A DNA stretch of 64,000 nt, taken from the sequence record SRR31156797_4018; one strand, 5' to 3'. A program made the position numbers and the translations under genes. Below are positions 1 through 10,355 of the stretch, piece by piece. The notes beneath the pieces were generated by a model. It had not been told where the DNA came from. It saw only the letters and a program-made list of their open reading frames with translations, and did not search any database. How positions within the stretch are numbered: the first letter of the stretch is position 1; each line of letters starts with the position of its first letter.

Positions 1-2
1 TC

Positions 3-43
3 CGCTAAAAACTTTCCAAAACTGCGTTTTGGAAAGTTAAGCG
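3..43 (-). terminator. Inverted repeat directly after the cydB stop; terminator or REP-like hairpin
   Basis: AACTTTCCAAAAC (10-22) / GTTTTGGAAAGTT (26-38) perfect 13-bp stem with 3-nt loop. Confidence 0.55.
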
Positions 44-1201
44 TCAATACACATGGCTTTCAGATTCAATCTCTTCCTTGTCGATCTTTTTATTATTGAT
101 TGACCTCCATGCATAAATGATGTATGCCAAAACAAATGGTACAAGGAATGAAACGTAAGTCATTACTTTCAGTGTATAAGGACTTGATGAACTATTAAAA
201 ATAGTCAAAGAACTTTGTAAATCTTTAGCAGGATAATAGGCTGTATTATTATATCCAGCTATTAGAAACAATCCTAAAACTACAAATACAGTTCCCACGC
301 CTGCTGGCCAAATAGCTTTATCACAATCTTTCTTAAATAGTCCTCCTACCAAACCTAGCAATACAAGCAATACACCTACAACAAAAACTACAGCAACAAG
401 TGGCATCTGAAGTAAGTTTGTAAGATATTTATTCGCTTCCATAAATACTTCACCTGTATCCGGATTAACAGCAAAACCGTCTCGAACTAGCAACCAAATT
501 GTAAAAGTTAGGAATAACACTACAAAAGGTATCCCGTTTATCCACAATTGTTTTACAATGCGTGGCTTCATCTCCTCATTATCTATCGTATTCTGGAAAT
601 ATAATAAACCAAGTACTCTTGCAAGGAAAAACACAGTTAGACCCAACACCACATTATGAATACAAAGTACCGCTTCCAATCCATGAGCAGGCCCAGTCCA
701 ACGACTAATTACCGGTGAAACTTCACCAATAATATTAGTAATATTCATTTTATTTACTTCAAACTCTGATCCTGTAAAAAATGTAGCAACAGCAGTACCT
801 AACAATATAGTTCCCAGTGCTCCATTTATCCACAAGAAAATTTCAAAAGTCCTTTTACCAAGAAAATTATCAGGCTTTGTTCTAAATTCATAAGCAATTG
901 CCTGAATTACGAAAGCTAACAATATAGCCATCCAAACCCAGTAGGCTCCTCCAAAACTTGTGGAGTAAAACAAAGGGAAAGAGGCAAAGAAAGCTCCCCC
1001 AAATGTTACCAAAGTAGTAAATGTAAATTCCCACTTTCTACCCAGGGAGTTAACGAGCATGGTACGTTCCATCTCATTTTTTCCAAGTGTGTAAATCAAT
1101 GTTTGACCGCCTTGCACAAATAATAAAAACACAAGCAATCCGCCCAATAAGGCTATGATAAACCACCAATAATGTTGTAAAAATTCATATGATTCAAACA
1201 T
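44..1201 (-). CDS. cydB: Cytochrome bd ubiquinol oxidase subunit II
   Basis: Multi-TM; LGRKWEFTFTTLVTFGGAFFASFP motif; directly downstream of cydA. Confidence 0.95.
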   Translation of the reverse strand: MFESYEFLQHYWWFIIALLGGLLVFLLFVQGGQTLIYTLGKNEMERTMLVNSLGRKWEFTFTTLVTFGGAFFASFPLFYSTSFGGAYWVWMAILLAFVIQAIAYEFRTKPDNFLGKRTFEIFLWINGALGTILLGTAVATFFTGSEFEVNKMNITNIIGEVSPVISRWTGPAHGLEAVLCIHNVVLGLTVFFLARVLGLLYFQNTIDNEEMKPRIVKQLWINGIPFVVLFLTFTIWLLVRDGFAVNPDTGEVFMEANKYLTNLLQMPLVAVVFVVGVLLVLLGLVGGLFKKDCDKAIWPAGVGTVFVVLGLFLIAGYNNTAYYPAKDLQSSLTIFNSSSSPYTLKVMTYVSFLVPFVLAYIIYAWRSINNKKIDKEEIESESHVY

Positions 1202-1203
1202 GG

Positions 1204-2772
1204 CTATTTCCCTCCTTCCAGGTCTTTAGGACCTATTTTAATTTGACGAAGTAAAATTTTAACCTCAGCAACTGCTAATCCGGTAAATATAATAGCAAAT
1301 AACCAGAAAGTAATTTGCACAGAACTAGCATCTATCTGAGATACAGCAGCAACCGTTGGTAGAATATCTTGAATAACCCAAGGCTGTCTACCAAGCTCGG
1401 CAACTATCCAGCCTGCCTGAGAGGCGATATAGGCTAATGGAATGCTAAATAAACTGAGCCATAAGAACCATTTTCGTTTCTCCAAACTGTTCTTTGAAAC
1501 AAAAAATAAGGCTAATACAAATATTAATATGAAAAGGAAACCTAATGCAACCATGATATGGAAACTATAAAAAGTTAGTGGCACATTTGGAACAACACTT
1601 GCTGGATCATTTAAATATCCGTAACCGAAATATTGAAAGTTCTCTTCCAAAGTAGCTCTGTGCATTTCGGCAGCTGCATCATCTCCTGCATCTTTAGCAT
1701 TCCTGAAATCAGCCAGAGCGCCAATTGCAATTTTCCCTTTCTTTATTTTTTCTTCAACTGATATGTCAGAGAAGGTAACACCATCTTTATTGGTATACTC
1801 ATACCCTTCAACCAGATCTTTCACACCTGGAACAAATGCATTTGCATCTCTATATCCAAGAAGGGATAGTAACTTAGGTATCTCTACCTTAAATAGATAA
1901 GGATCTTTATCATCATTATATTCTTTACCTGGAGTTAAAGCACCTATTGCAACCAAACCAGCTCCTTCCTGACCTTCATACAATCCTTCCATAGCAGCAA
2001 GCTTCATAGGCTGCTTTTGTGTAACATGATAAGCACTTCCGTCACCAGTCATTACAAGGAATAGACTAGTTATAAGACCAAACACCGCAGCAACTACAAT
2101 GCTTCTTTTAGCCATCAATTTATGACGTCCTTTTAAAATAAACCATGCGCTAATACCCAAAACAAATATGGAAGCCAGCACATAGCCAGAAGAAATTGTA
2201 TGCAAGAATTTGTTAATGGCAACTGGCGATAAGAATACCTCCCAGAAGTTTTCCATTTCATTACGTGCTGTTTCCGGATTGAATTTCATTCCTGCAGGGA
2301 ATTGCATCCAACCGTTGGCAACCAGAATCCACAGTGCAGATAGATTAGCACCAAAAGCCACAAGCCATGTTGATAACAAATGGAACTTTTTACTGATTTT
2401 GTTCCAACCAAAGAACATCACTGCAATAAAGGTCGATTCGAGGAAAAAGGCCATAATTCCCTCAATGGCAAGCGGAGCTCCAAAAATGTCACCCACAAAC
2501 CAGGAATAATTTGACCAGTTAGTTCCGAACTCAAACTCAAGTATAAGTCCGGTTGCCACACCAATGGCAAAGTTAATTCCAAACAGCGTCATCCAAAACT
2601 TTGTAATTTTTTTCCATTCCGGATTTCCTGTTTTCACATAGATTGTCTCCATTATAGCCATAATGAACGCCAGTCCCAAAGTAAGTGGAACAAACACCCA
2701 GTGGAACATGGCAGTTAACGCGAACTGCGCCCGAGACCAATCTACCAAGGATAAGTCTACATTTTCAATCAT
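1204..2772 (-). CDS. cydA: Cytochrome bd ubiquinol oxidase subunit I
   Basis: SRAQFALTAMFHWVFVPLTLG, EFEFGTNW, QPMKLAAMEG and ELGRQPW motifs. Confidence 0.97.
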   Translation of the reverse strand: MIENVDLSLVDWSRAQFALTAMFHWVFVPLTLGLAFIMAIMETIYVKTGNPEWKKITKFWMTLFGINFAIGVATGLILEFEFGTNWSNYSWFVGDIFGAPLAIEGIMAFFLESTFIAVMFFGWNKISKKFHLLSTWLVAFGANLSALWILVANGWMQFPAGMKFNPETARNEMENFWEVFLSPVAINKFLHTISSGYVLASIFVLGISAWFILKGRHKLMAKRSIVVAAVFGLITSLFLVMTGDGSAYHVTQKQPMKLAAMEGLYEGQEGAGLVAIGALTPGKEYNDDKDPYLFKVEIPKLLSLLGYRDANAFVPGVKDLVEGYEYTNKDGVTFSDISVEEKIKKGKIAIGALADFRNAKDAGDDAAAEMHRATLEENFQYFGYGYLNDPASVVPNVPLTFYSFHIMVALGFLFILIFVLALFFVSKNSLEKRKWFLWLSLFSIPLAYIASQAGWIVAELGRQPWVIQDILPTVAAVSQIDASSVQITFWLFAIIFTGLAVAEVKILLRQIKIGPKDLEGGK

Positions 2773-2775
2773 ATC

Positions 2776-3012
2776 TTATTGATTAGGTTTAGTTAATTGC
2801 TCAATAACAAATTTACTTTTTTCCTCGTCTGTATCAAACTTCGTCTCAAGAATATCAGGGAAGAAAAAGATTTTAAGTATGGCAAACATGATGAATAATT
2901 TCAAAAGAATTAAAATCCATAACTGTACTCCGTACTTAGGCATATTTTTAAAACCGTTGTAATAGAAATTAAATATGCGAATAAAAATATTTGAATGTCT
3001 TTTTTGCTCCAT
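2776..3012 (-). CDS. DUF4492-family small membrane protein upstream of cydAB
   Basis: FYYNGFKNM...LWILILLKLFIMFAILKIFFFPD; typical position in Bacteroidota cyd operons. Confidence 0.85.
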   Translation of the reverse strand: MEQKRHSNIFIRIFNFYYNGFKNMPKYGVQLWILILLKLFIMFAILKIFFFPDILETKFDTDEEKSKFVIEQLTKPNQ

Positions 3013-3181
3013 TTAGAATTAATAAAACCATTTAACAGCAATATGTTTAAACGAATTGTTAATTTGTAATTAGACTAAATAAGAATCTAATCTGAATACT
3101 CAACAACAACTATAAAGATATGAAAATCTTTAGATAATTTAAAATAACTGAATAATAAGCTCTTATGGTAAAAATAAAGGA

Positions 3182-4531
3182 TTAAATCTCAACAGCTTGC
3201 CTTACTAATTTTATTCGCTTATCAATAAAATATATAGTAAATAATGCAGCAACATAAAAGGGTAATAAAGGAATTTTATAACGAACCAGGGCTCCAAAAT
3301 TTGCTGTGGTAAGTCCTACAGAGAATGCAAACAAAAGGGTAAAACCAAAAGCAAAAAGCAATACTGGCTTCTCAAACATAATAGCTATAAATCTTCTGAT
3401 GCCAACTTTAATTAAAACCCAAAACAATAAAATCAACAGGGCTGTATTCTCTATTGCCGAAAGCAACATCACCGGATTTCTAACTTCAAAAATAAATGGC
3501 CGATATAGCCCGGCCGTGGTAGCTGCAGGAAACTTTGAGATGATACTACCCAAATCTGGAGTTAATTCGCCAATATCAAAACTATTTCCTCCATAATAAG
3601 CTCGTGTCAGGTCATCCTGCGTAATTATTGCTTTTTCAAGCAAAGCATCCATAGAAGTGTAATAAGAGCCTACAAATTCACCAATATTAAATATAATATA
3701 CTGACCTAATCCATAAAGCATTAGCGCTACTATAGGTAATACAAGTATGCGTAAAAAAGGACTGCTAAGCTTATTAATATAATGAAATCCCATCCAAATG
3801 AGAATTCCACCCAGAATGGCAAAAAAGATATAGGCTTTAATTGAAATTAATACGTAAACACTTACTACAAGAAAAAATGAATGTACAAGTATTCGTCTCT
3901 TTTTAAAAATAATAAAATAAAAGCAATAAACCGTCCAGCCTGCTGCCGCCATTGTATAAGAGTCTTTCAGCACCCCACTACCCCAAAATGCAACTGAAGG
4001 AATAAAAAGTACAGCAATTGCCAATAACTTATCATTTTTAGGATACATATCCACAAACATCAGATATAATCGCCAAATACCGCTAAAAGTTACTATTGCC
4101 GTCAAAATAGATACTTGCAGAAAACTTCCGGTTGTAAAAAATAAAAGTACAGAAGTAAACCTCGGAACAGTAAATGAATTTGGATCGTGATAGTACCATG
4201 GCCAACCAGTATTATCATTGAATGCACTGAAATTCTCAGGAGTTAGATTATTGGCCAGAATACTAAAATACGCTCGTGTATCTTCAAAAAACAAATTATT
4301 TAAAGCTACTGCGCTATTATAATAACCGGTTGTATCTCCTCCTCCATAATAAAACAGGTAAATCAAGCATAACGCAATTGCTCCTGAAATTTTATATAAT
4401 AAACCATAGTGATAAAAGCGATAAGCTGGATTTTCTTTACGCTTTTTATGACTAATTCTTCTGGCAAAGTACCAGGCAAGAAGTATATAAAATGGAACAA
4501 TAAAAATATCCCAAAACGAGAAATATTCCAT
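3182..4531 (-). CDS. Polytopic membrane protein, possible GT-C-fold glycosyltransferase or polysaccharide polymerase
   Basis: Many TM helices, YYGGGDTTGY loop, GVLKDSY motif, LVRYK near C-terminus; divergent from two GT4 genes. Confidence 0.55.
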   Translation of the reverse strand: MEYFSFWDIFIVPFYILLAWYFARRISHKKRKENPAYRFYHYGLLYKISGAIALCLIYLFYYGGGDTTGYYNSAVALNNLFFEDTRAYFSILANNLTPENFSAFNDNTGWPWYYHDPNSFTVPRFTSVLLFFTTGSFLQVSILTAIVTFSGIWRLYLMFVDMYPKNDKLLAIAVLFIPSVAFWGSGVLKDSYTMAAAGWTVYCFYFIIFKKRRILVHSFFLVVSVYVLISIKAYIFFAILGGILIWMGFHYINKLSSPFLRILVLPIVALMLYGLGQYIIFNIGEFVGSYYTSMDALLEKAIITQDDLTRAYYGGNSFDIGELTPDLGSIISKFPAATTAGLYRPFIFEVRNPVMLLSAIENTALLILLFWVLIKVGIRRFIAIMFEKPVLLFAFGFTLLFAFSVGLTTANFGALVRYKIPLLPFYVAALFTIYFIDKRIKLVRQAVEI

Positions 4532-4679
4532 ATCAGCTAATTAATGTCATATTCAATGCGAAGATAATGAATACTATTTAAAACAATCACGCTTTATAGA
4601 TGGGAACAACTGTTTATCAAATAGACTTGCTACAAAAGAAGGGTTTTTGTAATTTGCCGCTGATTTACCGTAAATAATA

Positions 4680-5903
4680 TTGAAAAAGGTTTTATACATA
4701 TCTTATGATGGAATGACTGACCCCCTTGGACAATCCCAGGTTATTCCATATTTATCAGGATTGGTGAAAAAAGGCCATCAAATTTCATTACTCTCTTTTG
4801 AAAAACCTGATAGGTTTAATAAGTTCAAAAACCATATTAAAAACGAATTAGAAGAAAAGAATATTCAATGGCATCCACTACCATACACCGCTACACCTCC
4901 TATTATTTCTTCTATTAAGGATTTTCGACAAATGAAGAAAAAGGCAGTGGAGTTACATAAACAAAATCAGTTTGACATTGCCCACTGCCGAGGCTATTTG
5001 CCAGCCATGGCCGGAAATCATTTAAGAAATAAACATGGCGTTAAATTGCTTTTTGATATGCGCGGTTTTTGGCCGGATGAAAGAGTTGAAGGAGGAATAT
5101 GGAACAAATCAAATCCAATATTACGAGTAGTATACAACTATTTTAAAAAACAGGAGAAAAAATTATTAAGGTCAGCTGATGCTGTAGTAAGTTTAACGAA
5201 CGCCGGCAAAAACATCATAGAAACATGGCCTTTCATGGAAAAAATTAATACCGATATTAATGTTATTCCTTGTTGTACAGATTTCGATCATTTTAGTCCA
5301 AATAAAATCAATATTGCAGAACGAGATCAGATAAAATTTGAATTAGGAATTAAGGAAGAAGATACCATTATTAGTTATTTAGGTTCTATTGGTTCGTGGT
5401 ACATGCTACCGGAGATGTATGATTTTTTCAAAACTTTTATAGATGAAAAACCCGAAGCTAAAATGCTTTTCATATCCCGCGATGATCCCAATATGATTTT
5501 AAAAACAGCAAAAGAAAAAGGCATTCCGGAGCACAAAATATTAATTAAGGGAGCACAAAGAGATCTGGTTCCTACCATACTATCTCTTAGCGATTTATCT
5601 CTATTCTTCATAAAGCCGGTATTTTCAAAACAGGCTTCTTCTCCAACCAAACTGGCTGAAATACTAAGCATGGAAATTCCGGTTATTGCCAATGCGGGTG
5701 TAGGTGATGTGGATGACCTATTCCTGGAACATTTCCCTAATTATCTTGTAAAGGAATTCAATGAAGAAAATTATAGGTCAGTGATCAAAAACTATTTATC
5801 GGATCAAAACATCGACAAACAAAATTTGAGAAAAGTTTCAGAAAAGTACTTCTCACTTGAAGAAGGTATTAAAAAATATGATCAAATTTACACCCAATTG
5901 TGA
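4680..5903 (+). CDS. GT4-family glycosyltransferase
   Basis: FDMRGFWPDER; SSPTKLAEILSMEIPVI GT-B C-terminal motif; TTG start. Confidence 0.85.
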   Translation: MKKVLYISYDGMTDPLGQSQVIPYLSGLVKKGHQISLLSFEKPDRFNKFKNHIKNELEEKNIQWHPLPYTATPPIISSIKDFRQMKKKAVELHKQNQFDIAHCRGYLPAMAGNHLRNKHGVKLLFDMRGFWPDERVEGGIWNKSNPILRVVYNYFKKQEKKLLRSADAVVSLTNAGKNIIETWPFMEKINTDINVIPCCTDFDHFSPNKINIAERDQIKFELGIKEEDTIISYLGSIGSWYMLPEMYDFFKTFIDEKPEAKMLFISRDDPNMILKTAKEKGIPEHKILIKGAQRDLVPTILSLSDLSLFFIKPVFSKQASSPTKLAEILSMEIPVIANAGVGDVDDLFLEHFPNYLVKEFNEENYRSVIKNYLSDQNIDKQNLRKVSEKYFSLEEGIKKYDQIYTQL

Positions 5904-6994
5904 AAAAGCGCATTTTATATATTGTCCCCCATCGTTTTGATCGCTCTCCGGGCCAGCGTTTTCGATGTGAACATTTTATACCATGGCTTCGAGAAAATAA
6001 TTATGAAATAACTTATGCCAACCTGATCACAGCCTGGGATGATAAATTCTTTTACCGAAAAGGCAGCTATTTGCTTAAATTATTTATCGTAATAAAATCA
6101 TTTCTAAGAAGAGCCAAACATGTAAGTCAAGCTAAAAAGTTTGATGCTGTTTTTATTTATAGAGAAGCCTTTATGCTGGGGACTACACACTTTGAAAAAA
6201 AAATCAATAAAAAAGGTATTCCAATAATATATGACTTTGACGATGCCATTTGGCTCAACGATGTGTCAGATGCCAATAAAGAACTACGATGGCTCAAAAA
6301 GCCCGAAAAAACCAATGAAATTTGCAAATTATCTACTTTAGTAATCACCGGAAATAGTTTCTTGGCCGAACATGCAAAACAGTTCAATAATAATGTAGCA
6401 ATAATCCCAACTACCATTGATACAAATTATCATGTTTCAAAAGAAAAAAGTAAAGATGATGAATTTGTGCGAATTGGATGGACAGGAAGCAGCACCACAG
6501 TTAAGCATTTCAGGTTGCTTTTACATGTGCTGGAAAAGCTCAAAAATAAGTATGGTGACAAGCTAAAAATCAGATTAATTTCAGACAATGGTTTAGGAAA
6601 AAGTCCCATTAAGATTGAAAACATACCGTGGACCGCACAAGACGAGATTGCGCGACTAGACGAAATTGATATTGGCATAATGCCTTTACCAGATGATGAA
6701 TGGTCAAAAGGGAAATGTGGATTCAAAGGACTTCAATATATGTCGATGGGTAAACCTTCGGTAATGTCGCCTGTAGGAGTTAATAATGAGATTATTGAGC
6801 ATGGTGTAAACGGGTATTTAGCTAAAACCGATGAAGATTGGGAGCAAATTTTAACCGATCTTATTGAAAACAAAGAACTCAGAGAAAAAATTGGAAAAGC
6901 AGGTCGCTTGACTATTGAGCAACGCTATTCTATCGAAGCTAACAAACAAAAATATCTGGAATTGTTTGACAAAATTGTTTCAAGAAATACCTGA
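5900..6994 (+). CDS. GT4-family glycosyltransferase
   Basis: YDFDDAIW, IGWTGS, KCGFKGLQYMSMGKPSV; GTGA overlap with upstream gene. Confidence 0.85.
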   Translation: MKKRILYIVPHRFDRSPGQRFRCEHFIPWLRENNYEITYANLITAWDDKFFYRKGSYLLKLFIVIKSFLRRAKHVSQAKKFDAVFIYREAFMLGTTHFEKKINKKGIPIIYDFDDAIWLNDVSDANKELRWLKKPEKTNEICKLSTLVITGNSFLAEHAKQFNNNVAIIPTTIDTNYHVSKEKSKDDEFVRIGWTGSSTTVKHFRLLLHVLEKLKNKYGDKLKIRLISDNGLGKSPIKIENIPWTAQDEIARLDEIDIGIMPLPDDEWSKGKCGFKGLQYMSMGKPSVMSPVGVNNEIIEHGVNGYLAKTDEDWEQILTDLIENKELREKIGKAGRLTIEQRYSIEANKQKYLELFDKIVSRNT

Positions 6995-7064
6995 AAATCC
7001 AAAATCAGGAAATATATATTTCCAAAAACTTTTATTTTCACTATCTTTTCTATTTCAAGACAAA

Positions 7065-8717
7065 ATGTTGATGCAAGAAAGTATAGATACAATGCTTAAT
7101 TGGTGGAACCTCTCATTCTCACTTGCCGGAGGACTGGCCCTGTTTCTTTTCGGTATGATGCTTATGACCAATGCATTAAAGTCTGTTGCGGGCAGCAATT
7201 TGAACACATTTTTGGGTAAAATGACCAAAAACCGGGTTACATCGCTAATGGCCGGAACAGGAATAACAGCCATTATTCAATCATCATCAATTACAACTGT
7301 ACTGATTGTTGGGTTTGTATCGGCAGGATTAATGGAATTTTCGAAAACCCTGGGCATAATTCTCGGTGCTAATATCGGCACCACCATTACAGCACAAATC
7401 ATTGCTTTTAAAGTAACAGATGCGGCTCTGCTAATTGTAGCTATTGGTTACCTGATTACTGTCATCAGCAAGAAGAAAAAAATCAAAGACCTCGGAACGA
7501 TTTTTCTCGGACTTGGTCTCATATTTCTTGGAATGAGCATCATGACTGAGGCAACTATGCCACTGAGAAATTACGAGCCTTTCATTAAACTTATGAAGAA
7601 TACGAGCCTTCCGGTTTACGGCATACTTACGGGCGCCATATTTACAGCACTGGTTCAAAGTTCATCTGCAACTACCGGAGTGGTTATAGTCCTTGCAAGC
7701 CAGGGTTTAATCAACATTGAAAACAGTATCGCCATTATCATAGGAGCAAATATTGGTACTTGTGTAACAGCATTTCTGGCAGCCATTGGAAAACCAAGGG
7801 CAGCTCTACAGGTAGCCACAGCACACATTTTTTTTAAAACCTTTGCAGCTTTGGTATTCATCTTTCTGATTCCGCAACTCAGTTATATTGTAAAAAGCAT
7901 TTCGCCTGCTGAAGTGGGACGACAAGTAGCCAATGCGCATAGTATTTTCAATATCAGCAGTGCCTTTGTACTTATTTTCTTCACACGAAGCATTTCCAAA
8001 GGCATAAAAATTTTACTCCCCGACAAAAAGCCGCAGGGAGACAAAATACCACTGCTGGACAATTATTATCTACAACATCCAAACCTTGCCCTCGATATGG
8101 TAGACAAAACCATCGATGAAATGGGACAAAAACTACTTGACATTGCTAACAAAGGCATTTCAACGGCCATATCAGGAAATATAAACGACCTGCATGACCT
8201 GCGAAACCAAGACAAAGTAATTGATACCGAACATGAAAAAATATTGCAATACATCAGTCAAATACAAAAATTGGAACTATCTGAATATGAGCTAAAAAGA
8301 ATTAGAAGACAAACAGACATTGCCAACCTTTTTGAAAATGCAGGCGACTTATACACGACTAATATAGTTGAAGCAGCAGAACACAGGTTGGAGAAAAACT
8401 TTCAAGTGAGCCCGGCAACACGTCAATTGCTTATTGATTTATTCTCAAAAGCAAACAATATGATGGCGAAAGCCGTTGTATCATATCAAAACCGCAAAAA
8501 AAACATTGCCGTATCTGTTTTGGAAAGTAAAGAGAGCTTTGCCAAACAACACGCTCAGGTTTATCGACATATTTACCAAAGACTTTCGGAAGCTGATGAC
8601 AACCGTGTTGCCATCATTCGTTTCGAAATAGAACTTTTGGAAGTAGCTAGAAGGTTGCACAGCTTAACGCGGCGTATTGCCCGGAGAGCTCTCTCCAGTG
8701 CTAAATCCGACAAATAA
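7065..8717 (+). CDS. Na/Pi cotransporter family protein with PhoU-like C-terminus; start more likely at 7065/7071/7092 than the 6915 TTG
   Basis: Duplicated QSSS and GANIGT motifs; helical cytoplasmic tail. Confidence 0.9.
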   Translation: MLMQESIDTMLNWWNLSFSLAGGLALFLFGMMLMTNALKSVAGSNLNTFLGKMTKNRVTSLMAGTGITAIIQSSSITTVLIVGFVSAGLMEFSKTLGIILGANIGTTITAQIIAFKVTDAALLIVAIGYLITVISKKKKIKDLGTIFLGLGLIFLGMSIMTEATMPLRNYEPFIKLMKNTSLPVYGILTGAIFTALVQSSSATTGVVIVLASQGLINIENSIAIIIGANIGTCVTAFLAAIGKPRAALQVATAHIFFKTFAALVFIFLIPQLSYIVKSISPAEVGRQVANAHSIFNISSAFVLIFFTRSISKGIKILLPDKKPQGDKIPLLDNYYLQHPNLALDMVDKTIDEMGQKLLDIANKGISTAISGNINDLHDLRNQDKVIDTEHEKILQYISQIQKLELSEYELKRIRRQTDIANLFENAGDLYTTNIVEAAEHRLEKNFQVSPATRQLLIDLFSKANNMMAKAVVSYQNRKKNIAVSVLESKESFAKQHAQVYRHIYQRLSEADDNRVAIIRFEIELLEVARRLHSLTRRIARRALSSAKSDK

Positions 8718-9545
8718 CTATTTTTGAAGCAATACCTCACTTTTTGGAATTGGAATACGAATTCCTTCTTCATCCAACGCGACTTTAATTGCCTCAAGTT
8801 GTTCCCAATAAACCGGCCAATACTCATTTGGCCTAACCCAACAGCGGGCAGCAATCTTCATATCATACTCGCCAAAAGCATCCAGCCAAAAGTCAGGCTC
8901 CGGTTCTTTCAGCACTCTTGGGTGTTTCTTCATGGCGCCCACTACAATTTCCCGAACCTCTTTTAAATTTGCATCATAAGGTAACTTTAAATTTAAATCA
9001 ACACGGCGTTTCTCCTGCATTGTCCAGTTAATCACGTCAGCATTGGCCATGGTTCCGTTTGAAATAGTAATTAACCTATTGTCAAATGTAATAAGTCGGG
9101 TATACAGAATATCAATTTTAGTTACAGTACCCATTTTACCATTTACCTCAATAAGATCATTAACGGTAAAAGGTTTAAACACCAAAATTAAAACTCCTCC
9201 GGCAAAATTTGCCAAACTACCCTGCAAAGCCAAGCCAATAGCCAAACCTGCAGCACCAATGATAGCCACAAAAGAGGATGTTTTAATTCCGAGGGTGGAA
9301 CCAATTGTTACAATCAAAATGGCATATAATAAAAAACTGGTGAGACTTACCACAAATGTAGCCAAAGAGGGTTCTATCTTAAACTTATTGAAAGATTTAC
9401 GTATTAATCTTTTAACCAATCTGATCACAAAAATACCTATAACCAGAATAAAAATAGCAATGAGTAAATCCAGGCCAAAATCAATCAAAAAATTTAAAAT
9501 TTTATCTTGTAATGCTTCGTAATTATAGTCTTTAAAAAATTCCAT
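8718..9545 (-). CDS. mscS: Small-conductance mechanosensitive channel
   Basis: GAAGLAIGLALQGSLANFAGGVLIL signature. Confidence 0.92.
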   Translation of the reverse strand: MEFFKDYNYEALQDKILNFLIDFGLDLLIAIFILVIGIFVIRLVKRLIRKSFNKFKIEPSLATFVVSLTSFLLYAILIVTIGSTLGIKTSSFVAIIGAAGLAIGLALQGSLANFAGGVLILVFKPFTVNDLIEVNGKMGTVTKIDILYTRLITFDNRLITISNGTMANADVINWTMQEKRRVDLNLKLPYDANLKEVREIVVGAMKKHPRVLKEPEPDFWLDAFGEYDMKIAARCWVRPNEYWPVYWEQLEAIKVALDEEGIRIPIPKSEVLLQK

Positions 9546-9615
9546 GAAGAAAAATTTTACACATTTATATGTTAAGCGTATTTGAGAGCAGTATTGTTTA
9601 AGAAAAAATACCTTT

Positions 9616-10353
9616 TCAGGCGATCAGCTCCCCGTTTCTGATTTTATCAGATGCCAATAAATTTTGAAGGTGTTTGTTTCGAATAGCCATTTTCATCACT
9701 TCTATGTGCTGAGGCCTATGAAAGTCAGAACCAATTAGATCAACCATATCTTCTTTCACTAACCTTTCAGCTAACTTGCGGGTGGGTACCCCATATTCAT
9801 CAGCAAAAGAATTGATATTCAACTGAAACCACACTCCACGATCTTTCAATTCTCGAAAAATATCAAAATTTCGAAACCAATAGCTGTAGCGTTCAGGATG
9901 GGCCATAATGGGAATAAGCCCGGCAGTTTGCATCTGAAAAATAATATCTTTTAAAATCTCAGGAGGATTCAAAAATGATAATTCAAATAGAATAAACCGA
10001 TTGTTAATGGCTAATATTTTATCTTTATCAAAGTTTTTATAGAACTGATAATCAATATAATATTCAGCTGCTGCATCAATTTTAACGGGTATACCTTCTT
10101 TTTGAACTGCCAACCTCACTTTTTCTAACCCATCTAAAATTACTTCAGGAGTATTTGGGTAATAATCACTCATAATGTGAGGTGTTGTAATCAAATGATT
10201 ATATCCAGCTTCATGCAATAATTTAATTGATTGCAAGCTTTCCTCAATAGTTTTTACACCATCATCAATACCGGGAATGAGGTGTGAATGCATATCCACA
10301 CCTACTGATTTAAGGTCTAAGTTGGTTTTATTTGATCGGAAAATACCGAACAT
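9616..10353 (-). CDS. CpsB/CapC PHP-family tyrosine phosphatase (capsule regulation)
   Basis: DMHSHLIPGIDDG, TPH, AHPERY, GSDFH motifs. Confidence 0.9.
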   Translation of the reverse strand: MFGIFRSNKTNLDLKSVGVDMHSHLIPGIDDGVKTIEESLQSIKLLHEAGYNHLITTPHIMSDYYPNTPEVILDGLEKVRLAVQKEGIPVKIDAAAEYYIDYQFYKNFDKDKILAINNRFILFELSFLNPPEILKDIIFQMQTAGLIPIMAHPERYSYWFRNFDIFRELKDRGVWFQLNINSFADEYGVPTRKLAERLVKEDMVDLIGSDFHRPQHIEVMKMAIRNKHLQNLLASDKIRNGELIA

Positions 10354-10355
10354 GT

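Noticed and set aside
6915-7064. N-terminal extensions from upstream TTG/GTG/ATG starts in the ORF track (also 20131, 31839, 34368, 38857, 60078)
   Set aside because: They overlap upstream genes or promoter elements; downstream ATGs give family-typical N-termini
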